A DNA stretch of 34,708 nt from an uncultured Acetobacteraceae bacterium (GTDB lineage Bacteria; Acidobacteriota; Terriglobia; Terriglobales; Acidobacteriaceae), in NCBI GenBank assembly GCA_964658125.1, contig CAZZYB010000001.1:1-34708 (forward strand). Direction: 5' to 3'. This document shows, piece after piece, positions 11,401-20,900 of this stretch. The translations under genes were made by a program, and so were the position numbers. Position 1 is the first letter of the stretch. The number at the start of each line of letters is the position of its first letter. The notes under the pieces were generated by a model. The model saw only the letters and a program-made list of their open reading frames with translations, ran no database searches and had not been told where the DNA came from.

Positions 11401-12209
11401 CAATCGTTCGCGTCGAAGGCTGCATTCCGACCATACTCATAAGCGCTGCCGTGAAAACTGTTCGTGCCGGTCTTGGTGACCAGCGTGATCTGCGCGCCGG
11501 ACGAATGTCCCGCCTCCGAGCCCGCGCCGGCAGTCGTGACACGAAACTCTTCGGTCGAATCGACAGTAGCGCGTAGAACACCCGTGAACGCATAGCCGTT
11601 GGTCTGGTCGTTGTCTGTGATCCCGTCCAGCGATATGTTGCCCTGATCGGATCTTGCACCGGCGACCGCTCCACCCCGGCTGTCCTGAGTCGCTGCCGGG
11701 TTGCTGGTGTTCTCATTGTTGCCGAAGTAAAGCACACCGGGCTGGAGACTCAACAGGTCAGCCACATTGCGCGAGTTGATAGGCGTTGCCTCGATCTGCG
11801 CATTGCTGATGGCGTTGCCGATAGAAGCATCGCTGAAGTTCAGCGTAGCTGATGCCGTAACTTCAACAGTCTCGTTCAGTCCTGTGACCGGAATAGCGAA
11901 GTTGATCGTTGCAGGTTGGCTCACCAGCAACTCCGCTTCCTTGGTCAACGTCCCGAAGCCGTTCGCAGTCGCCGTGATCGAATATCTGGCCGGCGTGACC
12001 TGCTCAAAGCTGTACTCGCCACCCTTGCCTGAAGTAGTGGTCAGCGTCTGTTTCGTTGCCTTGCTGGTCAAGATGACGGTTGCCCCCGGCACCAGCGCGC
12101 CGGTGGGATCGGTCACCTCGCCGCGCAACGAGGTCGTAGAATTCTGTGACCATGCCACGGCGGTGAAGAGGAAAGCGAAGAATACTGCAAGTACTTTTCG
12201 TGTCGTCAA
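8460..12209 (-). CDS. TonB-dependent outer-membrane transporter (Oar-like, N-terminal carboxypeptidase-regulatory-like domain)
   Basis: 1249 aa. Signal peptide, GEVTDPTGALVPGATV, plug motif EEFRVTT, TKTGTNSFHGSAYEY, YIQDSWR, C-terminal LRYSF. TTG start with GGAGG RBS. Confidence 0.92.
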   Translation of the reverse strand: MTTRKVLAVFFAFLFTAVAWSQNSTTSLRGEVTDPTGALVPGATVILTSKATKQTLTTTSGKGGEYSFEQVTPARYSITATANGFGTLTKEAELLVSQPATINFAIPVTGLNETVEVTASATLNFSDASIGNAISNAQIEATPINSRNVADLLSLQPGVLYFGNNENTSNPAATQDSRGGAVAGARSDQGNISLDGITDNDQTNGYAFTGVLRATVDSTEEFRVTTAGAGSEAGHSSGAQITLVTKTGTNSFHGSAYEYGRNAAFDANDWFNKRTQITQGKPLKTPQLTRHTFGGTIGGPIKKDKLFFFFNYEGQRTHESTTVTQEVPTASYLAGILKYKDASGNTIALTPAQVAQLDGACVANGTCPNGPGPNAAILSYFGQIPVANGTTIGDGLNEGSYTFTSPTPYTHNTTIFKVDWTPTSSHRIFVRGNLQKDLVNGSQQFPGLPASSKTEDNTKGIAAGDTWTITPHMINDIRYGFIRQGFGVSGVGKGAYTDVRFIASPTAETRNSIRSVPVNEIADTLSYSKGKHNIQVGGTWRLIHNNSSTDANSWDAGSTNPQGLSTNGLPDPNAVLGSAFPKVASSFSSNYLNAYGNLIGAESSLTRNINYLVNPGGATGSLIGQGGSVNRHFKSNELEYYIQDSWRPTTKLTMTLGIHHTILQVPYDTTGQSAAPTIDTDAFFKQRQIAASQGVVYEPTLAFSPNGPVYGRPGYWAKQKANIAPRFSLAYAVNSKTSIRAGFGLYHDHFGQGIINAFNASGSFGLASKITSPLGSLGPEQAPRFTGRNNLPALSVSSGAATQNFPYAPPANNFSISWGVDNKLKTPYSEVFNLSLQRALPGGFTVEADYVGRLGRNLLQQSDLTAPTNFLDTKSGTSYFQAGAQLAAQVDATGNNKKATVPNIAYFEDLFPYMVNVSTTACPNPNKSATQAIYCNEFTTYRSVLGETTALADIDFYCGGSVSYACTPSQSRFWQNQFSSLFAWTSNGASSYNAGQFILRHPMKYGLQMDLSYTYGNSLDLGSDAERSNETQGGTGSYLTNSYIPSQSRAVSDFDVRHLITFNGSYALPFGRGQHFVNGAGKIEDLAIGGWRLASLSRWTSGLPFSIGEGGYTTNWEIGSFSVKVDPTLQSHKIFAPGAVPVAFGNAAAIRTSTTTGGPFIRLPYPGEAGMRNAFRGDGYYGTDASLSKPFKITENQILRFSWEVFNVTNSARFNTRSITTNPTSGSFGNYSAMLNTPRRQQFSLRYSF

Positions 12210-12311
12210 TGGAGCCTCCGAGGAAATGAATGTGTTGTTGAACAGTTGACGGAATTCGTTGTTCCCGTATGGTTCTTTACCTTCAATAACTCAGTGCAGC
12301 ATTCTCAAAAT

Positions 12312-15011
12312 CTATGGCGTAGCTCCCGCACCGCGTCTGCGGCCCGCTCCAGAGCCGGCAGCTCCAGCACTTGTTCCCGCTCCCGCTACCGGAGCCACAC
12401 TATCCGCTGCGGCAACACTTCTCGCCGGCGACGAGGGAGCATCAGCAGGCATCGGTGGATCTTCAAACGAATAAAGCGCGTTGAACAGATAGCGATAGGT
12501 GCCGTGCGCCTGGCCGCGATGTTGAGGCTTGAAGCCGTAGAGGAAAATACGGCCACGGCCATACGTCACTTCCAACGCGGCGATCTGATCCTGCAACACA
12601 TCCTGGTGAATGATCATGCCGCTTTCGAGCGCATCGCCCTGCTTGGGATACTTCGCCAGCACCGCGCCTTTGAACCCCGGCAGAGTCTCAAACGCCGGCC
12701 CGCGTTCAAACATCACCACCGTCGATGAAGGTACGCCGAAGTTGATAGGCAGCTCCGGATGCTGCGTCTCCACCCGCAACAGCGATCCGGCGCAGTAGAA
12801 CTTGTCGTTCGACAGTCCCTGCAACGTGTTTTTCACCGGCAGCGACATCAGCGGAATCAGCGCAGACGCCGCCCCGTTGAACGCGACCAGCGTTCCACCC
12901 GACCGCACAAACTCGCGCAAATTTTCGAGTCCCGATTTCTCGATGCCGCCAGCGTATTGCCCCGGCACCGACCCAGCACGGAAGCCGTTCATCATCTGCT
13001 CGCCGCGCATGTCAGGAATAATGATGACGTCATAGCGGCTGCGCAGTCCGCTTGAGCGAATGTCGGCGTTATAAATACTCTTCGCGCCGAAGTTGTAATT
13101 CTCCAGAATCCAACGCGTCCATCCTTCATCGATCGAAGGATTCCACGGACGATAGAGTCCAACTCTCGCCTTTTTCAACGCGATCGTATGCTCTGGCGCA
13201 GCACTCATCGCAGCCGCTCCCACCGCATACTTCGTCGCCAGGCCATCCATCGCAGACTTGCCCAGCCCACCGATAACAAACGCTCCGCGCTCCATTCCCT
13301 GCGCGGTCTTCGTCATGTCGGGAGCGACGGCGACAGTTCCTCCCTGCGCCAGCACAGCGTTCACCAGTTGGAACGCCGCATTCGGTTTATGGCTGACCGC
13401 AAACACCGAGCCTTCACCTGAAACCTCAGCGTGCGGCAGTTTCACTTCGTCGATCTTCGCCAGCTTCGCGCGCTGCTCCTGCTCGAGCGGATCGGAGACT
13501 ACATCGACAGCCACGCCCATTTGCAGCGGCAGAGTCCATCCCGTGATGTCGTACGGCAGATGCGCACCGTTCGCGGTCTCGCCCGTGGCAGCGGCCGGAT
13601 ACACCTGCCGCTCCATCAACTCTTTCGCCATCGGAGAGAACGGCTGATCCATCGGGATCACCCACGACCCCGCCGGATAGTCGATGCCATTGGCATGAAA
13701 GCCCGACTTCGACTGATACACATCAAGTCCGTTTTCGATCATCTTCTGCGCCAGCAATCCAGCCTCAGGCACGTCCGCCTGGCGGTCGCTGATCACATAA
13801 GCAAACGGCGGCTCGGTGCGATGAATGTTGTCGCGCGCCGTCTGGTAGCGGTTGTACAGCAGCGTCTCATGATTCTTCGCCGCCAGGTCCAGCACCGACA
13901 TCGAAGCACCAACCATGTAATCCACGGCGTCCTTCAAATGCCACCATCCGCCTTCCCACGGCGTCGTGTACATCGCCAGCGGACGCATATCCTGGTACTC
14001 CTGCGGGAACTCATCCACCGTGTAAAAGCGCGGCGTAGCGTAGCGATAGAGCGCCGTCTCCGTGAAGAACGAAACCTCGCCGCGGAAGACACCAGCCCAA
14101 TCAGTGAACCCCGCATACCAATTGTCGAAACGCGATTCGTGAATCGCTCCCGGCATGTTGTGCTGATCGAGATACGCGGCCATATTCGTGCCCACCACGT
14201 TCAGCCAGCTGCGCACATAGGGGCTCACGTTGCTTGAAATCGGATCCGCAAAAGGAGGAATCCAGATGCGCGCCGGGAACGGCGCCGTCTGATGCTGGCA
14301 GTAAAAAATCGCCGGGCTGTACTCCAGCTCCGTCTTCGTGACAACCTGCTCTTCCTTCATGTTCATCATGAAGCCATCGCGATTGTTGTCGTGCCCCACG
14401 TACTCCTGGTAGAGCTTCGGCAGCGGCGACACTTCATACTTCGTACCGACATTCTGCCGATACCACGACACGATCATGTCCTGCCCATCAGGATTCAAAG
14501 TCGGCCAGAGGACGAGAATCACGTTGTCAAGAATCGCGTCCACTTCAGGATCGTTCTTCGCCGAAAGCAGTTTGTACGCCAAGGCAATCGAGTGCTGCCC
14601 ACCCGCAACTTCAGACGAGTGCAGACCGCCGTCGATGTGAACAATAACCTTCGATTCGCGCGCCAGCTTCAGCGCCTGCTCATCGGTAAGGTCGGTAGCT
14701 TTGGCCAGCCGGCCCGAATCCTTCTTGTACTGCTCCAGCTTCGCCAGGTTCGCAGGCGAAGAGATGACGCCGACCTCGATGTCGCGCCCTTCCGTGCTTT
14801 TCCCAACCGTGAACACCTTCATCCGATCGGAACTGGACGCCAGTGTATGGAAATATTTAACGGCTTCTTCGTAGTTCGCAAGATAAAAATCGTCGCCCGG
14901 TGTATGCCCCAGAACTGATGCAGGAGAAGGCACTTGCGCCCCGATTGGTTGGGCCGCAGTCAGCATAAGGCAGCAGATACACGTCGACAACATGCGCTTG
15001 GTGAAGCTCAT
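12312..15011 (-). CDS. Exported M14-family zinc carboxypeptidase with C-terminal extension
   Basis: HSSE (HxxE), NPDG, DNNRD, QHQ and FTET motifs; signal peptide. Start placed at ATG 15011 (AAAGGA RBS) rather than the ORF-track start 15101. Confidence 0.88.
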   Translation of the reverse strand: MSFTKRMLSTCICCLMLTAAQPIGAQVPSPASVLGHTPGDDFYLANYEEAVKYFHTLASSSDRMKVFTVGKSTEGRDIEVGVISSPANLAKLEQYKKDSGRLAKATDLTDEQALKLARESKVIVHIDGGLHSSEVAGGQHSIALAYKLLSAKNDPEVDAILDNVILVLWPTLNPDGQDMIVSWYRQNVGTKYEVSPLPKLYQEYVGHDNNRDGFMMNMKEEQVVTKTELEYSPAIFYCQHQTAPFPARIWIPPFADPISSNVSPYVRSWLNVVGTNMAAYLDQHNMPGAIHESRFDNWYAGFTDWAGVFRGEVSFFTETALYRYATPRFYTVDEFPQEYQDMRPLAMYTTPWEGGWWHLKDAVDYMVGASMSVLDLAAKNHETLLYNRYQTARDNIHRTEPPFAYVISDRQADVPEAGLLAQKMIENGLDVYQSKSGFHANGIDYPAGSWVIPMDQPFSPMAKELMERQVYPAAATGETANGAHLPYDITGWTLPLQMGVAVDVVSDPLEQEQRAKLAKIDEVKLPHAEVSGEGSVFAVSHKPNAAFQLVNAVLAQGGTVAVAPDMTKTAQGMERGAFVIGGLGKSAMDGLATKYAVGAAAMSAAPEHTIALKKARVGLYRPWNPSIDEGWTRWILENYNFGAKSIYNADIRSSGLRSRYDVIIIPDMRGEQMMNGFRAGSVPGQYAGGIEKSGLENLREFVRSGGTLVAFNGAASALIPLMSLPVKNTLQGLSNDKFYCAGSLLRVETQHPELPINFGVPSSTVVMFERGPAFETLPGFKGAVLAKYPKQGDALESGMIIHQDVLQDQIAALEVTYGRGRIFLYGFKPQHRGQAHGTYRYLFNALYSFEDPPMPADAPSSPARSVAAADSVAPVAGAGTSAGAAGSGAGRRRGAGATP

Positions 15012-15346
15012 TGATATTCCTTTCACACTTGTTTCGGATACTGAATACAACTCTGCTGACCCATGCAGATAGGCGCCTGCAAAGGTTGAAGAAAGCTTCA
15101 AACGACTACGAAGTGCACGTTAGCTACAACGTCGTTGCGAGGAAGATCTTGGCGTGGCTGTGCTTCGCTAGAGTCGGGGAGCGGCCAGGTTGCGTCCGAT
15201 CCCGTTTTTGAATGAGTGATCTAAATCTAAACCCTTTTCCCTCGTTTTGGAAACAGCGGATCGCGTGTTTTCCAATGGGCTCGCGCATTGATCCCCGGCT
15301 TCGCAACTCTTCAGCAATCGATTCGCATGGATTCCAGGCCGTAGGG

Positions 15347-15568
15347 ATGTGGTACGGAGCCTACGGCTAGCGCGGGATCACGGCGCTGCTGAAGCAGGAT
15401 GGCTGGGACGCGGTAGTGCGCATCTCGCGTCGCGAAGGGCTGAAGATTCCGGAGAAGCAGAAGCCGCGCGGAAGGACGGTACGGATGTTGAACTCGATCA
15501 ACGAGCACAGCCGAGCGTGCCTACAGGCGCTGGTCGGCGGTAAGCTAGAGCAGTGGTCGAGATGTTGA
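15347..15568 (+). pseudogene. Degenerate IS3-family transposase (OrfB) fragment
   Basis: Manual translation: MWYGAYG*RGITALLKQDGWDAVVRISRREGLKIPEKQKPRGRTVRMLNSINEHSRACL. This matches the IS3 OrfB pattern YGYRRITALL..WRREGLKVP.KQ.PRGR...GR..RMLN.IDE.TRECL, with an in-frame TAG at 15368-15370 and an internal deletion. Confidence 0.8.
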
Positions 15569-15579
15569 CGATGCACCCG

Positions 15580-16494
15580 TTATCTCAGCAACACCTTGAC
15601 CAGCAACCCCACACCCGAGAGCCCAAGCAGAACGAATGAGATCCGCTTGAAGTTCACATCGGAAATACGTTTGTAGAGTAGAACGCCGCCAATTGTTCCA
15701 GGAAGAACGACAGGCATCGTGATGGCCAGAAGAAGCCAGAAGCGCCTTCCGAAAATGTCTGGATGGGCATACGCATTCGTCGCCAGCGAGACCATCTGCA
15801 ACACCAGGATGTACGGTTGCACGATGGCCCGTGTGGCTCTTTTAGGCAGGTTCCGCAAACCTGTCCAGACCACGACCGCTGCGCCCGGAAACGCCGTGAA
15901 ACCACCCACGGTGCCACCGATAAATCCGACCGCAATGCCGCTGGCTGCGCCGCCCGCACCCTTGGTCTCGGCATGCGCCGGCTTTACCAGCGAGTAGACG
16001 GAATAAAACGTAAGAATCACACCGAAAACCAGCATGAGCTTTGGCGCAGGCAGATGGTTCAACAGCCATATTCCGATTGGCACGCCAATCACACCGCCGC
16101 AGATATAAGGCGCCGATCCCTCTGGCCAGGCCTCCGCCCACGACTTCGGCATATCCTGACGCAGCTGGCCCAGCGACATGAACTGGTTTGCAGTCGAAAG
16201 TGCCATCAGCAGTGGCACAGCAAGTTTAGGTGGAAGCAACAGGAGGCACGAAGAGCCGACAGCAGAGAACCCGAACCCCGAAAGCCCACTCATCAAACCG
16301 GACACGCACAGGATCACCGCGATGAGGCAGAGCTGCCACAAGTGAAACCCGATCACCGTGCGACCCATAAGGTCATGGGAACCCCACGCGTAAGCAGCCC
16401 ACAGACCGGCCAGCATGCCCACGGCGTAAAGGAGGATGCGGCTTGAATCACGAACATCGGGGATCGCTGACACCGCTTCCTTCTCAACATTCAT
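15580..16494 (-). CDS. TauE/SafE (sulfite exporter-like) membrane permease
   Basis: Highly hydrophobic 304 aa with duplicated Gly-rich motifs SGLSGFGFSAVG and GGTVGGFTAFPG, plus a typical C-terminal 'ISDVNFKRISFVLL'. Confidence 0.8.
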   Translation of the reverse strand: MNVEKEAVSAIPDVRDSSRILLYAVGMLAGLWAAYAWGSHDLMGRTVIGFHLWQLCLIAVILCVSGLMSGLSGFGFSAVGSSCLLLLPPKLAVPLLMALSTANQFMSLGQLRQDMPKSWAEAWPEGSAPYICGGVIGVPIGIWLLNHLPAPKLMLVFGVILTFYSVYSLVKPAHAETKGAGGAASGIAVGFIGGTVGGFTAFPGAAVVVWTGLRNLPKRATRAIVQPYILVLQMVSLATNAYAHPDIFGRRFWLLLAITMPVVLPGTIGGVLLYKRISDVNFKRISFVLLGLSGVGLLVKVLLR

Positions 16495-16522
16495 ATCTGA
16501 GCCCTTTCAGGAACAGTCGGCT

Positions 16523-16574
16523 AGACCCGCGGGCGGATCGCATCGCTCCGCCGGTAGAAGATTGAAGCGGGTCT
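16523..16574 (-). other. Intergenic inverted repeat / stem-loop
   Basis: AGACCCGC (16523-16530) pairs with GCGGGTCT (16567-16574), enclosing a GGCGGA...TCCGCC stem. Lies directly after the aminotransferase stop. Confidence 0.4.
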
Positions 16575-17809
16575 TAAGAAAATTGCGGGCCGGGCATTCC
16601 GTACTCAGCCCCGCTTCGGCTAAGCGATGCGTGTACAGGCGGAGCATCCATTACTTCCTTGAACGCCATCTGGAACTTCGTCATCTCGTCCGCGGAACCT
16701 ACTGTCACGCGAACGTGCGTAGGCCAGATCGGCCAAACGCGGCCGATGAAGACCTTCTTCTCCCGCATCGCTGCAATCACGTCCGCAGCCGGCCGATGCG
16801 TCTCGACCATAAAACAATTGGATTGCGACGGCACGTAAACGTAGCCGTTCTTGGTGAGGAAAGCGAACGTGTCGTTGCGGATATCCCCGATGATTTTCTT
16901 CCGCATGGGCACCAGGTCCGGATCTTTGAGGCTGACGTACGCCGCAGCTGAAGCAGTGACAGGCATCGCGTTCTGAAGATACATCTGGAGCTTGCGAAGC
17001 AGGTCGGGTCTGCCGACAGCCAACCCGCAGCGAATGCCGGCCATGCCATAGACCTTCGAGAAGGTCCGGAGGATGATGATGTCCTTATCCAGCGCAACCT
17101 GATCGATCATCGAAGGCGAGTCTGAAAGGTGAATGTAGGCTTCGTCCACCAGCAGGATAGAACCCTTCGGCTTATTCTCAAGCGCCCAAAGCATGTCCTC
17201 GCGCGGCGTGATCGAGCCCGTGGGATTATTCGGATTACAGATGTAGTACAGGCCGGCGGTGGGGTTCTTGGAAATCATCGCGCGAACGTCGTGAGCGTGA
17301 GTAGCCGTCAATGGGACACGGACAACCGGTGCCTTCACAACGCCCGCAGCGACGGCCCCAGCTTCGTACGATGGGTCGGCCATAACGTAGGGGCGCTCGG
17401 GTGAAGCGAAGGCCATGACCGTGTAATGAAGCGGCTCGGAAGAGCCGGCATAGACCTCGATGTAGTTCTCCTTGAGGCCATTCTGCGCGGCGAATGTCTT
17501 GATGAGATTCTGCGTTTCGGTGAAGTCGTAGCGGCCACCCTTGGCAGCCATGGCAGCGATCGCTTCCCGCGCCGCAGGAGACGGGCCCATCGGATTCTCG
17601 TTGGCATTGATCAGCACAGCGTCGGGCGGATAGTGCGGTACAAAGTGGACGCCCGCAGCCCGCGCTGCACTGGGACTGCTGATATCTGCGGCTTTCTGCT
17701 GCGCCGCCCACGCGAAGTGGGCTTCGGTCATGAACGGCACCGCGGCTGTTGCACCGGCGTAGCGAAGGAAGGAACGGCGGGAAACTTCGGACAGGACTGG
17801 ACTGCGCAT
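16574..17809 (-). CDS. Tat-exported PLP-dependent class I/II aminotransferase (HisC-like)
   Basis: Twin-arginine signal VSRRSFLRY; NANENP, CNPNNPTG, DEAY and PLP-lysine motif RTFSKVYGMAGIRCG. Start placed at ATG 17809 behind AGGAG. Confidence 0.88.
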   Translation of the reverse strand: MRSPVLSEVSRRSFLRYAGATAAVPFMTEAHFAWAAQQKAADISSPSAARAAGVHFVPHYPPDAVLINANENPMGPSPAAREAIAAMAAKGGRYDFTETQNLIKTFAAQNGLKENYIEVYAGSSEPLHYTVMAFASPERPYVMADPSYEAGAVAAGVVKAPVVRVPLTATHAHDVRAMISKNPTAGLYYICNPNNPTGSITPREDMLWALENKPKGSILLVDEAYIHLSDSPSMIDQVALDKDIIILRTFSKVYGMAGIRCGLAVGRPDLLRKLQMYLQNAMPVTASAAAYVSLKDPDLVPMRKKIIGDIRNDTFAFLTKNGYVYVPSQSNCFMVETHRPAADVIAAMREKKVFIGRVWPIWPTHVRVTVGSADEMTKFQMAFKEVMDAPPVHASLSRSGAEYGMPGPQFS

Positions 17810-17904
17810 GGATGATCTCCTATTTATCAAATAATATCCGGGATCGGTGAAGGCCTTTAGGCCAATAGAAATCATTTATCAGAGCAACCTGCGATGCCCT
17901 ATGG

Positions 17905-20900
17905 TCAGAACGTAAGTCGGCCCCCTAATTGCACTAGCCGTGGAAAGCCGAGCGTGCCGGTGACTTGTCCCGCACCGGAGTTATAAGTGGTGAAGTTAGT
18001 GGTGGAGGCGGTCGCCTTATAGGCGCCGATGGAGAGGCTCGGAGTAGAAAATTGCGGCGTGTTGAAGGCGTTCAGGGCTTCCGCGCGGAACTCCAGGTGA
18101 ACGCGTTCGCTCACATGGAAGTCTTTGTTGAGGGATAGGTCGGAGTTGATGTAACCCGGACCGTAGCAGTTGGAAGCACGCGGCTGGTCGCCGTACGGCA
18201 GGGCACCACCCGCCGTAGGCGGACCGGTCGCGCGGAAGGCGAGCGGGTTGAAGTACTGTCCGAGGCGGCCTTCCGGACTTCCCGATTTGCAGGGGTCGAT
18301 GCCGGGGATGATGGTGGGACGCTGCGTGCCGTTGCCGTAGGAGGAACTGATGTTGCTGGTCTGCGTGATGGCCAGCGGCATGCCGTTCTGAATCACGGTA
18401 ATGTCGTTGAACTTCCATCCGCCTACAGCCAAATCGACAAAACGGTTTGCGCCGCCGAAGAAGTGCTTGCCATGTCCGAATGGAAGCTCGTAGGTGCCGG
18501 CAATGGTGAAGCGGTTAGGAATGTTGTTGCTGGCGCGAGCGTATTCCTTGGACAAGTTGTAAATGTCCTGCGGTCCGTTATTGCCACTGTTGAGTGAGTT
18601 AGAGGATCCGTACGCGCCCCAGATGTTGTCCCAGTTGGAGGACCATGTATAGCCGGTCAGGAAGGACACACCCTTTGAAAAGCGCTTCTGTACTTTGACG
18701 TCCAGGGCGTTGTAGTCGGAGCGGCCCGCGCTGGTGGCCACGGTGATGCCCTGGTACTGCGGAAAAGGCAGCAGGGACTGATACGTCGGCCGTTGTGCCG
18801 AGCTCCACTGCCCGACGCCGGCAAAGGCGAACGGAGCGTTGGTTGTGAGAGCGGTGTCGCCGAGCGAGTACTGGCTATCCGGTAGTTGGTTGATATTGAG
18901 GCTGTCTGGGAGGTTCCGTCCATGACCGCCGACGTAGCCTAACTTCAAGGCGACGCCCCACCAGAATTGCTGCTCCACTGCGAGCGAATAGGACTGGTAA
19001 AGAGGCGAGCGACGACCCTGGTCGATGATCGACAAGGTGCTGCCGATGCTGGTTCCGAGTCCATTCGCATTGCCGGTAGGTTTGGTGACGAGGTTCGGAT
19101 AGGGATTGCTCAACGTGATCGGCGAGTTTCCAACGGCCTGCCCCGAAAGAGAATTGTTGAGGATATAGCCGGGAGCATAGGTGTTGGTGTTGCTGTAGTA
19201 AAGAGGTGCGTAGAAGACGCCATAGCCGCCCTTGACGACCGTGTTCTTGTCGACCTCGTAGGCGAAGCCAGCGCGAGGGTTGTACTTGCCGGCCATGTTG
19301 CCCGTGTTCGTGCCGTAGCCGGCCTGGCCGGCGAACTCGACACCACCCTTGGCCTGCACACCACTCCCGAGCGCGTTGTAGGTAATGTTCCGATCAAACC
19401 CAACCGAGATCTGATTATTCCGCTCGTGGATGCCGTGCTCAAACTCAAACCGAAAGCCCAGGTTGAGAGAGAGCTTGTTGGTGGCGCGCCAGTCGTCCTG
19501 AACGTAGACCGCCTGGTAAGCGGTGGTGTAGGCCAACTTAGTCGGGATGATTAGCGAACTGGTGTTAGGGATGCCCTCCAGAACGTCACCCGCGGAGTGA
19601 CCCGAAAGAGAGTTGAAGCCGAAGGTCCCGGACGTATCGCTCAAGCTGGTAAAGGTCTCGCTGATGGCGCGGAAGTTATATCCAACCTTTGCGTTGTGCT
19701 TGCCAATAGTCTTCGCTAGCCCGACCACGAAATTGCGAGAGAAGAAGACAACCGGGCCGGAGTTCGAAGTGCCTTCGTTGGTCAAGGTGCTGTCGAAGGT
19801 CAGGCGAGGGAACGCCTTCTTCGACATGGCCGAAACGTACGAGGACGGGAAGCCCAGCATGGACTGGTCGAAACCCTTCGAGATGTCCTGGGTGTCGTTC
19901 GGGAAGCGATTGAAACCGAAACCCACGGTTGCCACGGTGGTAGGGGTAATTGTGATCGTATTGGCAATACCGATCGCATCGACCTTGCGGTAGAGGAGGT
20001 ATGACCCGGAAGAGCCGGGAACATTGGTCAGAGGATTGCCGCCGGGCTCTTTGGAGCCGTAGTGGAGGTAGTAGAAGTCAGCAAGCCACTTTCCTTCGAA
20101 AAAACTGTGAGTCAGCTTGCCATTGAACTCGTCGGCGCGATCGCCAAGGGTGTCATAGCCGCCGAAGTTGGCTACACCCGGGCGTGTCTCGGCAATGTTC
20201 GCTTTTGGGAAGGAGTTGATCAGCGCCTGGCCGATCGGGTTGATGTTGGTGATCATGTTGCCCGCGTAATAAATCGGGATGGCCTTACCCGCCACGAGCA
20301 CAGTCTTCGAAAGATCGATGATGCAGGTTGAATTGATTCCATTGCTTCCCACCGCGCATGTGCCAGCGGTCACTCCCGGTGTTCCGACCGATGTTACGGT
20401 TCCAATCTCCGAGAAGTTGCCGACGCGTTCCTTATCAGTCGGCACAATGAACAGGGTGCTGTTCACGTAGGGCGACCGTTGGCGGTAACCCTCTTCGGTA
20501 ATTGCGAAGAACGTGTTGTGCGCTCCACCTAGGATCCTGGGAAGGGGTATCGGGCCGGAGAGGCTACCCACATAGGAATAAAACTCGGCAGCGCCACGCG
20601 GGCACGGATTGTAGGAAACACCCTGTACCGAGCAGGAGGTACGGTTGTTGAAGAAGGTGTTCGCACCCCAGTTGGTCTGGCGTGTCTCACCCTGTAGAAC
20701 GCCGTGCAGCGCGCTCGAACCCGATTTGAGGGTGGTGTTAAAAAGGCCTCCGGAGGTCCTGCCGATCTCAGCGTCGTACGTATTTGCCTGGACCTTCACC
20801 TCTTCAACACCTTCGATCGAAGGGATAATCACAGCGCGATTGGAGAAGTCGGTGATCGGCACACCGTCGATAAGGTAGTTGTTAGAGCTCATGGGTGCGC

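Noticed and set aside
16574-17809. Calling the aminotransferase hisC because it is near hut genes
   Set aside because: The Tat signal and the absence of other his biosynthesis genes argue against biosynthetic HisC.
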